From contig WPAF01000007.1 of NCBI GenBank assembly GCA_009772965.1, positions 14,379 through 78,378 on the forward strand: a stretch of 64,000 nt of DNA. The letters are read 5' to 3'. The stretch is from Candidatus Saganbacteria bacterium. Lineage in GTDB: Bacteria; Margulisbacteria; WOR-1; XYC2-FULL-46-14; WPAF01. A program made the position numbers and the translations under genes. Positions 38,651-48,600 of this stretch are shown one piece after another. Numbering within the stretch: the first letter of the stretch is position 1; every line of letters begins with the position of its first letter. Under the pieces are notes generated by a model, which saw only the letters and a program-made list of their open reading frames with translations, searched no databases and was not told the origin of the DNA.

Positions 38651-39892
38651 ATGCGAGACCGAATAAAAGTATCAATAATTGAAGACGATCCCAAAATAAC
38701 TGCGCAGCTTGTAGAAGCATTAAAAGATAAATTTAAAGTTGAAACATTTGAAAAGAAAGATGAATTTTTAAAAGCAGCGGATCCCTCCGGCATTGTGATA
38801 ATTGATTTTGACCTGAAAGAAATAGACGGGCTCAGGGTTTTCAGGCTGTTAAAAGAACAAAGCCCCAAAATTCGCGCCGTAATGTTATCTTCCTCAAACA
38901 GCATCCCGCTGGCAGTAACCGCGGCAAAACACGGGGTGTTGGAGTTTTTCAGAAAGCCATTGATTATTGCCGAGTTTAAAGAGGCGCTCATTAAAATCGC
39001 AAACGAGGAAGAAATATTCCTTTTGCCGGATGCTGAAATGGAGGGGACGGAGTGGATGAGGGGGTCAAGCAAGAAGATAATTGAATTAAAAGAATCAATA
39101 ATCGGATGTATTAAATCGCATAAGGATCTGATCTTGTTTGGGGAGAGGGGAATTGATAAGAAAACAGTTGTCAGGATTATCCATAAAGCCGGAGTCAACT
39201 CGGCAAAAAAATTAATTGAAATAGACCTTGCCTCATTTAGCAAAGAATCGCTTGAGGCGCATTTTTGGGCGACATTAAACGAGGTGTTGTCTTCTTCTGA
39301 GGCGGACAGCATCCAGAATTTTGCGGAAAAAACCGGAACAGTTTATATTGAAGGGATTGAATCAATCCCAAAGCATTTTTGGCTGAGCGTAATTGACTTT
39401 TTGAAAAATAAAAAGCCTTCTTACGGAGGGGGAATCAAAGTCATCATCGGCATTGTTGAGCAAACAGAAATTCCTGCAGGGACAACCTTTGATTTAATAA
39501 AAATCCCGCCGCTCAGGGAAAGGAAAGAAGATATTTTTGAAATTGCCGCGGCCTATCTTGAGGGCAAAACCGATTTTACTAATATATCTTTGGAAACGCT
39601 CAAGTTTATTTCACGCTACAATTTTTATGGAAATTATGAGGAGCTTTATAATTTAATCTCATCAACGCCTTTGGCGGGCGGCAAAATGTTAAATATTAAC
39701 AAAAGTATGTTTATTGATTCTATTTTAGAAAACTGCGGGCAAAAAAGCCTTTTGGCCGCAAGAGAGCAGTTTGAAAAAGAATATATCCAGACAGTTCTTT
39801 TAAAAGTAAATAATGAAATTCATTTGGCCGCGAGGTTTTTAAATATACCAAAAACTATCCTTGAGGAAAGGGTTCAAAAATTAGGAATTTAA
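38651..39892 (+). CDS. NtrC-family-like response regulator with a degenerate AAA+ sigma-54 interaction domain and a C-terminal Fis-type HTH
   Basis: Receiver domain (VSIIEDD...IDFDLKEIDGL). Central domain has GERGIDKKTV where the Walker A GESGTGKE is expected, and no GAFTGA motif. C-terminal HTH LAARFLNIPKTILEERVQKL. Confidence 0.6.
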   Translation: MRDRIKVSIIEDDPKITAQLVEALKDKFKVETFEKKDEFLKAADPSGIVIIDFDLKEIDGLRVFRLLKEQSPKIRAVMLSSSNSIPLAVTAAKHGVLEFFRKPLIIAEFKEALIKIANEEEIFLLPDAEMEGTEWMRGSSKKIIELKESIIGCIKSHKDLILFGERGIDKKTVVRIIHKAGVNSAKKLIEIDLASFSKESLEAHFWATLNEVLSSSEADSIQNFAEKTGTVYIEGIESIPKHFWLSVIDFLKNKKPSYGGGIKVIIGIVEQTEIPAGTTFDLIKIPPLRERKEDIFEIAAAYLEGKTDFTNISLETLKFISRYNFYGNYEELYNLISSTPLAGGKMLNINKSMFIDSILENCGQKSLLAAREQFEKEYIQTVLLKVNNEIHLAARFLNIPKTILEERVQKLGI

Positions 39893-41209
39893 AATATTTT
39901 CTGCAAGCTCGTTAGCCTCGTTTGGGCTCTTTGCTTCCGCGATGATCCGTATTATCGGCTCGGTGTTGCTTGGCCGCACATGCACCCATGAATCTTTGAA
40001 TATTACTTTGATACCTTCTGTAAAATCCATAGTTTCTCCGCGGTAACGTTCTTTAATCCTTTCGATCAAATCTTCGCCCTCCTTGACGTTCGCGCATTCC
40101 ATTTTCTTTTTTGAAAAGTAATATTGGGGAAGCGCGTTTACGATTTTTGAGACAGGGGATTTTTGGCGTGCCATATAATCAAGGATTAAAGCGATGCCGC
40201 ATAATGAATCCCGGTTAAAGCCGACTTTGGGATAAATAACGCCGCCGTTTCCTTCCCCTCCGATATCGGCCTTTTCATTTTTTATTTCCTCCGCCACATA
40301 AACTTCGCCGACTTTTGTCCTAATTACAATGCCGCCGAATTCTTTGGCAACTTCATCAATTGCCCTGGTGGTTGAGAGGTTTGCGACTATCAGCTTTCGG
40401 CTTTTTAGCGATGAAGAAAGAACATGTTTAACGCAAAGAGTTAAGGTATATTCTTCCGATATTGCGATTCCTTCTTCTGTGACTATTGCCAGCCGGTCTG
40501 CGTCGGGATCCTGGGCAAAGCCAATGTCGGCTTTTTCTTTGAGCACTGTTTCGCACAGCTGGCTGAGGTTTTCGGGGGTTGGCTCCGCTCCTCTTGGAAA
40601 TGGTTTTTTTATGTCCGTATTTATTTTTATAACCTGGCAGCCCAGTTTTTCAAGCAGTTTTGGGGTAATGATTGAGCCGGCGCCGTTTACAGAGTCAATT
40701 ACAACTTTAAATTTTCTCGACTTGATTTTAGAGCAGTGTACAGCGGCTAGTATTTTTTTTATATGCAGTTCGCTTGCCGCATCATAGGTTTTAGTTTCCC
40801 CGTTTGGTTTTTCAATAAAACCTTTAGACTCGTATATTTGAATTAATTTTTCCGCTTCCTGGCTGTTTAAAAAAATACCGTCGCTCCTGAAAAATTTTAA
40901 TCCATTCCATTCTTTGGGGTTATGCGATGCGGTAATCATGATGCCGCCGCTCAATTTATTTTCTCTAATGGCAATGCCAATGGTGGGGGTGGGAACAATT
41001 CCCAAATCAAGGATATTTGAACCGCAGGAAACCAGTCCGTGTATGACTATCCCTTTGATAAATTCAGAAGATTCGCGCGTGTCGCTGCCAACTGCAAGCA
41101 CCCCGCCGTCAAAATAGGTGCCGGCGGCTTTTGCAAAATCGAGGCAAATCTCAGGAGTAAGGGAATCGCCGTAAATGCCGCGAACCCCGGAAATCGAGAT
41201 CTTGAGCAT
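39881..41209 (-). CDS. Phosphoglucosamine/phosphomanno-mutase (alpha-D-phosphohexomutase family)
   Basis: Active-site Ser loop TASHNPKEWNGLK and a metal-binding DPDADR-type loop; 442 aa. Confidence 0.8.
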   Translation of the reverse strand: MLKISISGVRGIYGDSLTPEICLDFAKAAGTYFDGGVLAVGSDTRESSEFIKGIVIHGLVSCGSNILDLGIVPTPTIGIAIRENKLSGGIMITASHNPKEWNGLKFFRSDGIFLNSQEAEKLIQIYESKGFIEKPNGETKTYDAASELHIKKILAAVHCSKIKSRKFKVVIDSVNGAGSIITPKLLEKLGCQVIKINTDIKKPFPRGAEPTPENLSQLCETVLKEKADIGFAQDPDADRLAIVTEEGIAISEEYTLTLCVKHVLSSSLKSRKLIVANLSTTRAIDEVAKEFGGIVIRTKVGEVYVAEEIKNEKADIGGEGNGGVIYPKVGFNRDSLCGIALILDYMARQKSPVSKIVNALPQYYFSKKKMECANVKEGEDLIERIKERYRGETMDFTEGIKVIFKDSWVHVRPSNTEPIIRIIAEAKSPNEANELAENILNS

Positions 41210-41230
41210 ATTTCATTATAACAAAATTTC

Positions 41231-42055
41231 TTGATGTTTAATAGTTTTTGTTATATTATTTCATCTGTAATGATAAAATTCGGCGCGGTAATGCCGCATC
41301 CGCCGCTTCTGGCTCCCCAAGTGGGAGGGGTAAGGATCAAAGAATGCGAAAGAACCCAAAAAGCCTGCCGCGAAATAGCAAAAAAAATAAAGCTTCTTGA
41401 TATTGATGCAATAATTATGATTTCTCCCCATGGCGCAACCCTTGGCTCGACTGTTCCAATATACGCCAGCCCGGTTTTTGAGGGCGATTTTTCAAACTTT
41501 GGAGCCAGCAAGCCGGCTTATTATTTTAAAGGAGATCCGGAGCTTGCCTCCTGCATTATTAGAGAAAACCCCAGCATGGCTTCCCGTCAGCCAGAGACAA
41601 TTTTAGACCATGGCTCTCTTGTTCCTCTTCTATTTATCAGCGAGGCGGGAATAAAAAAACCGATCCTTCCTACTGCCATCGCGTATCTGCCCGGGAAAAA
41701 ATTATTTGAATTCGGCAAATCTTTAGCCCATGCCGCAGAAAAATTAAAAAGAAAAATCGCGATAATCGCGTCAGCAGACTTGTCGCATCGCTTAACAACA
41801 GATGCTCCCTCCGGCTTTGATCCATCCGGAAAAGTATTTGACGAAAAGCTTGTAGACCTTATGAGAAGGTATGACATTTCAGGAATAATTAATTTTGACG
41901 ACGCATTGGCCGAAAGCGCCGGACAAGATGCCCTGCAGTCAATTTCTATTCTATTGGGCGCGTTTGACGGGATAAAAGCCAAGGCCGAAGTTTTGTCTTA
42001 TGAGGGGCCATTTGGAGTCGGGTACATGGTAGCGGAAATTGCACCCATTAGTTGA
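41231..42055 (+). CDS. Memo-like / AmmeMemoRadiSam system protein B (LigB-type extradiol dioxygenase fold)
   Basis: 274 aa with MPHPPLLAP and ISPHGA motifs. Directly upstream of, and overlapping, an AMMECR1 gene. The true start may be an internal Met. Confidence 0.55.
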   Translation: MMFNSFCYIISSVMIKFGAVMPHPPLLAPQVGGVRIKECERTQKACREIAKKIKLLDIDAIIMISPHGATLGSTVPIYASPVFEGDFSNFGASKPAYYFKGDPELASCIIRENPSMASRQPETILDHGSLVPLLFISEAGIKKPILPTAIAYLPGKKLFEFGKSLAHAAEKLKRKIAIIASADLSHRLTTDAPSGFDPSGKVFDEKLVDLMRRYDISGIINFDDALAESAGQDALQSISILLGAFDGIKAKAEVLSYEGPFGVGYMVAEIAPIS

Positions 42056-42545
42056 GCTGGCCAAACAAGCGATTGAAGCTTATATAACAGAAAAAAAAAT
42101 TATAAAGGCGCCGGAAATATTAACTTCTGAGATGAAGCAAAAGGCGGGAGTTTTTGTCTCATTAAAAAAACATGGGGAACTTAGGGGATGCATCGGCACG
42201 TTTTCCCCGACTTGTGGAAATGCGGCGGAAGAAATTATCAGGAACGCGATTGAAGCCGCGGCGTCTGACCCAAGATTTTCACCGGTAAAAAAAGAGGAGC
42301 TTAACGACCTTGTAATTTCGGTTGATGTCCTTTCTGAACCTCTGCCTTCGCCCTCGATAAAAGAATTAGATGCAAAAAGGTTTGGAATTATAGTAAAATC
42401 AGGACATAGAAGAGGATTGCTCCTGCCAGACCTTGAGGGAGTAGAAACTCCGGAAGACCAAATAGAAATTTGCAGGAGAAAAGGCGGCATCGGGGCAAGC
42501 GAGCCGGTTGAAATTTTTAAATTTGAAGTAAGGAGATATAAATGA
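42039..42545 (+). CDS. AMMECR1-domain protein
   Basis: GVFVSLKKHGELRGCIGTF, the AMMECR1 core with its conserved Cys; 168 aa. Confidence 0.75.
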   Translation: MHPLVELAKQAIEAYITEKKIIKAPEILTSEMKQKAGVFVSLKKHGELRGCIGTFSPTCGNAAEEIIRNAIEAAASDPRFSPVKKEELNDLVISVDVLSEPLPSPSIKELDAKRFGIIVKSGHRRGLLLPDLEGVETPEDQIEICRRKGGIGASEPVEIFKFEVRRYK

Positions 42546-43537
42546 TAAAAGCAGGTATTATTGGCGCGGGCGGTTATGCCGGAGTAAATTTATTGTCGCT
42601 TTTGATTAGGCACCCTGAAGCAAAAGTGGTTTGGCTGGTTTCAGAGGAAGCGCATAAAGGGAAAAAGATTTCAGAATTATATCCGCACCTAAAAGGGATT
42701 AATGATCTTTCGTGCCAAACCCTAAACGAGCTTGATGGATTAATAAAAGATATTGATGTTGTTTTTCTTGCCCTTCCCCACGGCATTGCCATAAACTATG
42801 TCCCGAAAATTTTAAAAGCGGGCAAAAAAGTTATAGACCTTGGCGCGGATTACAGGTTTAGTAAAGAAGCGGTGTTCGGCCTGCCTGAAATTTATAAAGA
42901 AAAAATAAAAGGCGCCAGGTTAATTGCTAATCCCGGCTGTTATCCAACCGCATCAATCCTTGGAATGGCGCCGCTTGTAAAAAACGGGCTGATAGATGTT
43001 AGCTCAATAAATTTGGATGCTAAGTCTGGCGTTTCGGGGGCTGGCCGAGGTGTTTCGCTAAAAGTTCAATTTTGTGAGCGCAACGAAGGCGTTACTGCAT
43101 ATGCCGTGAACAACCATCGCCACATGGGGGAAATAGAATACCAGCTTGGAAGAATTTTGGGGAGCCAAATGAATGTTACCTTTGTCCCGCACCTGATGCC
43201 GATGAACAGGGGGATTCTAGTGACGGGATATTCAAAACTACGCGACACGCATAACGCATTACGCATTACGGATTTAATTAAATTGTATAAAGATTTCTAT
43301 AAAGATGCGGCGTTTGTAAGGATATATGAAACAGGGGAGCCGTGCACGAAAAATGTTTCAGGAACAAATTTCTGCGATATAGGATTATCCATTAACGAAG
43401 CCACCGGAACAGTTATTGTCATGTCCGCGATAGACAATTTAATAAAAGGCGCGGCGGGGCAAGCAGTCCAAAATATGAATTTAGTTTTTGGCAATCCTGA
43501 AAAAATGGGATTAGAAGGGATTTCGATATTTCCATGA
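42542..43537 (+). CDS. argC: N-acetyl-gamma-glutamyl-phosphate reductase
   Basis: IGAGGYAGVNLLSLL NAD-binding N-terminus, catalytic Cys region NPGCYPTA; 331 aa. Confidence 0.9.
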   Translation: MIKAGIIGAGGYAGVNLLSLLIRHPEAKVVWLVSEEAHKGKKISELYPHLKGINDLSCQTLNELDGLIKDIDVVFLALPHGIAINYVPKILKAGKKVIDLGADYRFSKEAVFGLPEIYKEKIKGARLIANPGCYPTASILGMAPLVKNGLIDVSSINLDAKSGVSGAGRGVSLKVQFCERNEGVTAYAVNNHRHMGEIEYQLGRILGSQMNVTFVPHLMPMNRGILVTGYSKLRDTHNALRITDLIKLYKDFYKDAAFVRIYETGEPCTKNVSGTNFCDIGLSINEATGTVIVMSAIDNLIKGAAGQAVQNMNLVFGNPEKMGLEGISIFP

Positions 43538-44631
43538 AACAAACAGGCATAACGGCTCCGGAGGGGTTTTTGGCGGGGGGGATTGCTTGCGGGATAAAAA
43601 AATCAGGCAAACCGGACTTGGCGGTTATATATTCCGAGGTTCCGGCTGTTGCGGCTGGAGTTTTTACCGCGAACCAGTATAAGGCGGCGCCAATAATTGT
43701 ATCAATGGAGCAGATAAAATCAAAATCTTGCCGGGCGATTATTTCAAACGCCGGCAACGCGAACTGCGGCACGGGGAAAAAGGGGATCGAAGACGCGAAG
43801 CTGATGGTAAAAACCGCGGCTGAAGTTTTTAATATTAATTCAAAGCAGATTTTGGTCACATCCACCGGATCAATTGGCAAGCAATTGCCGATGGATAAAA
43901 TAGTTGGCGGGATAAAAAATCTAAAAGCGACAAAAGACGGTGGCAGCGACATGGCGCAAGCAATATTAACAACCGATACCAGAAAAAAAGAAATTGCCTT
44001 AGATATGGGCGGATATACAATTGCCGGAGTGGCAAAGGGATCGGGAATGATTCATCCAAACATGGCGACAATGCATTGTTTTATCACAACCGACGCAAAG
44101 ATTGAAAAATCAACTCTGCAAAAATTATTAAAAAAAGCCGTCGAAAATTCTTTCAATATGATTACCGTTGACCAGTGCATGTCAACAAATGATTGTGTTT
44201 TTGTCCTTGCGAATGGGATGTCTGGGGTAAAGCCAAAGGAAAACGACTTTTATACGGGACTCGAAAAAGTGTGTAAATATTTGGCAATTGAGATAGCGCG
44301 GGATGGAGAGGGCGCGACACAATTGATAATTGTCAATGTATCAGGAGCAAAAAATGAAAAGGAAGCAAAGACCGCGGCGCGTGCAATTGCCGGGTCAGAC
44401 CTTTTAAAATGCGCGGTTTACGGAAAAGATTATAATCTGGGCAGGATATACGCGGCGGTTGGCGCGACTTCGGTAAAAATGGATGCCGGTAAAATTAAAG
44501 CTGATATGAAATTTGGGGAAAAAGAGACGATAATTATTTGTGACCTTGGGGCGGGGTATGCTAGGGCGCAAGCTTGGGGCTGTGACATGACAGAAGGGTA
44601 TGTTAAAATCAATGCCGATTACCATACATAG
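43534..44631 (+). CDS. argJ: Bifunctional glutamate N-acetyltransferase/amino-acid acetyltransferase ArgJ
   Basis: Autoproteolytic site context ATMHCFITTDA; 365 aa. ATGA overlap with argC. Confidence 0.9.
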   Translation: MKQTGITAPEGFLAGGIACGIKKSGKPDLAVIYSEVPAVAAGVFTANQYKAAPIIVSMEQIKSKSCRAIISNAGNANCGTGKKGIEDAKLMVKTAAEVFNINSKQILVTSTGSIGKQLPMDKIVGGIKNLKATKDGGSDMAQAILTTDTRKKEIALDMGGYTIAGVAKGSGMIHPNMATMHCFITTDAKIEKSTLQKLLKKAVENSFNMITVDQCMSTNDCVFVLANGMSGVKPKENDFYTGLEKVCKYLAIEIARDGEGATQLIIVNVSGAKNEKEAKTAARAIAGSDLLKCAVYGKDYNLGRIYAAVGATSVKMDAGKIKADMKFGEKETIIICDLGAGYARAQAWGCDMTEGYVKINADYHT

Positions 44632-44639
44632 GAGAGAAA

Positions 44640-45509
44640 GTGTTTGAACATTTAATAAAAAGGGCTAACGCGGTTATTGAAGCTTTGCCGTATTTAATAA
44701 AGTTTAATGACAAGACAATAGTTATAAAATATGGCGGGGCGGCGATGCAGGATGAAGAGCTTAAAAAGAGTGTTATTGAAGATGTGGTGCTTTTAAAAAT
44801 GGTGGGGATGAATCCTGTTTTGGTTCACGGCGGCGGGCCTGAAATTAATAAAGAACTTATGAAGCGGGGGATTGAGCCGGTATTTATCGGCGGCTACCGG
44901 CTGACTGACAAAGAAACCATGAAAGTTGTCCAAAAGGTGCTTGGAGAAAAAATCAACCAGCAGATAGTTTCACTTATTAAAAAAGCCGGCGGCAAGGCAA
45001 AGGGCTTTTATGGAAAAAAAGGCAGGGTAATCAAGGCTTTTAAATATTTTAAAAAAGATGAAGCAGGCAATAAAATTGATCTTGGCTTTACCGGCCAGGT
45101 TGGCGGGATCCGCTACCGGTTTTTAAACAAGTGGATGAAGCTTGGATATATTCCTGTTTTAACATCCATTGGGGTTGGCAAGAGGGGCGGGGTTTATAAT
45201 ATCAATGCGGATAAGGCGGCGGCGGCGATTGCGGCGTACCTAAAAGCCGAAAAAATGATTATGCTTACTGATGTTCATGGAGTGCTGGATAAAAACAGCA
45301 AGCTTATTTCTGAAATAAACACATATAAAGCGGATAAAATGATAAAACTCGGCCAGTTATCGGGCGGGATGATCCCAAAGGTAAAATCCTGCTTGTACGC
45401 GATAAGAAAAGGCGTAAAAAAGGCGCATATCCTTGACGGCCGGATTCCCCACGCTTTACTGCTTGAGCTTTTTACCGACTGCGGTATTGGGACGATGGTG
45501 GTGAAATAA
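44640..45509 (+). CDS. argB: Acetylglutamate kinase
   Basis: IVIKYGGAAM nucleotide-binding N-terminus, LVHGGGPEI; 289 aa. Confidence 0.9.
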   Translation: MFEHLIKRANAVIEALPYLIKFNDKTIVIKYGGAAMQDEELKKSVIEDVVLLKMVGMNPVLVHGGGPEINKELMKRGIEPVFIGGYRLTDKETMKVVQKVLGEKINQQIVSLIKKAGGKAKGFYGKKGRVIKAFKYFKKDEAGNKIDLGFTGQVGGIRYRFLNKWMKLGYIPVLTSIGVGKRGGVYNINADKAAAAIAAYLKAEKMIMLTDVHGVLDKNSKLISEINTYKADKMIKLGQLSGGMIPKVKSCLYAIRKGVKKAHILDGRIPHALLLELFTDCGIGTMVVK

Positions 45510-45524
45510 GCGTAAAACGTAAAG

Positions 45525-45552
45525 CGTAATTCGTAACGCGTTACGAATTACG
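45525..45552. repeat. Perfect 28-bp palindrome CGTAATTCGTAACG|CGTTACGAATTACG, with more CGTAA/TTACG half-sites on both sides. Member of a dispersed intergenic element family
   Basis: Read directly, 16 nt after the argB stop. Related copies at ~30411-30459, ~50504-50518 and ~55044-55092. Confidence 0.7.
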
Positions 45553-45588
45553 TCCTCCGCATTACGTTCCCGAGCGAAGTTTACTTTT

Positions 45589-45631
45589 CCATGCAAGTTT
45601 TCTCCCCTCTGAAGCGATATATATAATGAAA
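45589..45631 (+). promoter_or_regulatory. Conserved upstream motif pair CCATGCAAGTTTTC ... CGATATATATAATGAAA, 44 nt before the giant ORF start. Also found before the paralog at 51884
   Basis: Identical 14-mer and 17-mer upstream of both paralogous genes. The 17-mer contains TATAAT, and its spacing to the ATG is the same (44-45 nt) in both. Confidence 0.45.
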
Positions 45632-45675
45632 TGCCATATGCCTGTGGATGGTGTATTTTTTTTGAGGGAGGAATA

Positions 45676-48600
45676 ATGACGACTCCGGCAAACAATTTGG
45701 AACAAATAAAATCAGCGTGGAATAATTTTTTCCGCGTGAATATTGCCAAGCAAAATACTGAAATACTAAATAAAATTGTTGAAGTATTAAAAAATAATGA
45801 CAGCAAGCAATGGATTATCTATGTTAAAAAAGACGTACAGGGAAAAATCCAATTATGCAAACAAGGCGATACTGGCGCGATAAAAATTGACCTGCATGAC
45901 GGATTAAGTGTGGCTGAAGCGAAAACTCTTGGCATCGATATTACCCGGGGAATTAATAAAATTGCCGCGCACGGATGGAGATTAGATAAAGAAAAAGGAA
46001 TCCAGCAAGGTCCCGGCGCGCAGGTTATTGATGGCAACGAGGTTGTAAAATTTGACCAGGCGATAAGGGAATATGCCAGCGCGAAGGGCTGGACATTTGA
46101 AGAAGCGCAAAAGGCATACTACTCAAGAGAAATCCAATTCGGCCGGCAGGACCTTGTACTGCAGGCAAAAAACAGAGAAGCCGCTTATAAAACACTGGTT
46201 GAAAAAACAAAAAACTGCAAGAAATATGATGAATTTATCAAAGTAATTAAATCCGAGTTTGGGATTAAAAGCGAGCAAAACCCAATCCTGTTAAATTTAT
46301 ATAATTTGCATGAGCTTAAGAAAATTGGCTTTAAAGACGCAGAACAAAGGGCAAAAGCTGCAGCATTAGTCATAAAATTTGCTTCTGCATCACAAACAAG
46401 CAAGCAATTTCAGGAAGAAGTCTTAGGATTGCCGGCGCCAATAAAGACAAGATATGAGGGCCAAATGGCTTTGCCCTCAATTATTGCCTGGGCAAAAGCT
46501 GCGCAAGAATATGAGCAAGCAAAAGAAGAAGATTCTGCCGCAACAATTCCAGGAGATTCGATTCCGCCAATTGAGCCTCAAGCAGATAATCCTCCCCTAA
46601 GTATGGTTGGAAAAGGAGCCCCTCGCGTTCCTGAAGGCCAAGGTCTTAAAATGCAGCCGCTTAATCGAAGGGAATATGTTCGCGATCTTTCACAACAGAG
46701 TACCAACCTTAGAATTGACAGACAAAATGATGCGTCGCCGGCAGCTCCTAATTCTGCGCCTAAGCCTGACCCGTCAAAGCCAAGCTCAACCCCTGCGGCT
46801 GGCTCAAGACCTGCTTCTCCAGCAGCAGCTCCGCAATTAATTACAACAAATTCAAATGCTGTGCAGAAAATTGTTGAATGTCAAGCCCCAATAAGACAAA
46901 TAGAGGTATTACGCAAAACTTCTGAACAATACCACGCAAGACTTAAAAGGTTAAAAAAGCAAATTCAAAGGGCCGGAAAAAACACAAAAAAACAGAGAAG
47001 ATTAATTCAGCAATATAATCAGAATGTAGATAGATACAGAGCAATTAATGAACGATGGAGGGAGCTTGCGGCTGTATTAGAAAATTCAACTAAGGCGGTT
47101 TTTACTTACATTCAAGAGATATATTTCAATGCATTTATGGCGGCCAGCCCTACCAGAGAAGCGGCAGCTAAATGGAATGCCTTTGTGCGAATGCTCGAAA
47201 GTGCACAGGTAAATTACAGGGAGATAAATTTATTTATCAGATTATCTAATCCAAGACTTTCAAAAGAAGACAGGAACTTACTTTTTAACTTTTACGCGAA
47301 AAAAGATAATAAGCTTGAAGCGGCAGTAAGGCAAAGGATTATCACGGCGTGGCGCGAAAGTGTTGATTCTTATAATGGTTGGCATGGAAGAAATTATCAT
47401 ATCAGCGCTTCAGTATTTCTTGATATTGTTAGTCAGCAAAGCGGCATTCTTAGGAATGAACGAATATTAGGAAAAATTTTTAAAGGTAAGCTAACGGAAG
47501 TATTAACAGTTGTCGGGCCGCAGGAAATGAGGCGATTGCTTGGTCTTTCAAAAGAAGAATTATTTAGGGAAATAGATATTGCATCAAAGGAATCCTCATC
47601 TTATCCCATTGGCTCATCCTCAAAAATATTGGCCATGAAAAGGTTGGGAGATCTTCATGCAATTGCTTATGCGCGGGGATTTTCTCTTTTTGATTATAAC
47701 TACCAGCATTTTATTAAAGAACTGCCGGGCTTAGAAAATCAGGATTATCGTTTGGTTTCGTTTTTTAATGAAGTTGCGGAATCTCATGAAAAAACTGATG
47801 ACGCAAAATATCGGCAGGAATTTTCAAAGTACCTAACTTCGGTCTTTGAAAGATATTTAAAATTACCGGTAAATCAGTACGATAAAAGAATTCTATTTTT
47901 AAAACTTTTAAGCACATTATACGCAATGGCATTAAAGATTGGCATATCAAAAGAAGAATTTAATAAAATATATGCGTCGGCAAAAGATAAAATAAGACCT
48001 CCAGTTTCCGGTGGACAGAATATTAATACGCTTGCAGAACTAAAAACAAGGATCCCAATTTCGGTTGGCTCTAATGGCTTGCCGCAAGAAGTAGTAGCAA
48101 TTTTAAGGGCTACTGGAGATTATGCCTTGGTTGCGAAAAATCTGAATGAGATAATATTTACTAACAATATCCATTCGGGACCATTAGGCATTAAGCCTCA
48201 AGGGCTTGCGTTATCCGCGTTTGGAATAGTTGTTATTGACGCGGTTAATGAGCGAGGCAAAATCAGGTCTGCTTGGGAAATTGCGGCAATATTAGTCCAC
48301 GAAGCGGCGCATGTTTTATGGTTCAAAAATGTCCAAGGATTGCTTTTGAGCTCAACTCCAGATGAAAGAAACGCGTTTTTAGCAACAAAGAATTTCCTGG
48401 ATAAATATTTGCAAAATAATAAATCTATTGATAGAAATACAAAACAAGAAATACTGAGATATATTGCTTTAAACAAATACGCGGTAATGGGGGCAAATTA
48501 TGCTTTGGGATATGAGCAAAATAATATGCAAGTGAATCTTTATCAACAAATGCCTGTTATGAGGGAGGGATTGCCAAAGCCCGAAGATTTGGACTTGGAG

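Noticed and set aside
38647-39312. 221-aa minus-strand ORF antisense to the NtrC-like regulator, and similar antisense ORFs at 37120..37527, 37801..38130, 38296..38625, 56397..57059, 31782..32165
   Set aside because: All are Ser/Ile-rich low-complexity translations lying entirely within well-supported genes on the other strand. These are typical shadow ORFs of an AT-rich genome.
43241-43275. ACGCATTACGCATTACG repeat resembling the intergenic CGTAA element, but located inside argC
   Set aside because: It is translated in frame as ...RDTHNALRITDL... within an otherwise normal ArgC. It is most likely coincidental codon usage, or at most an in-frame relic, and not a separate element.
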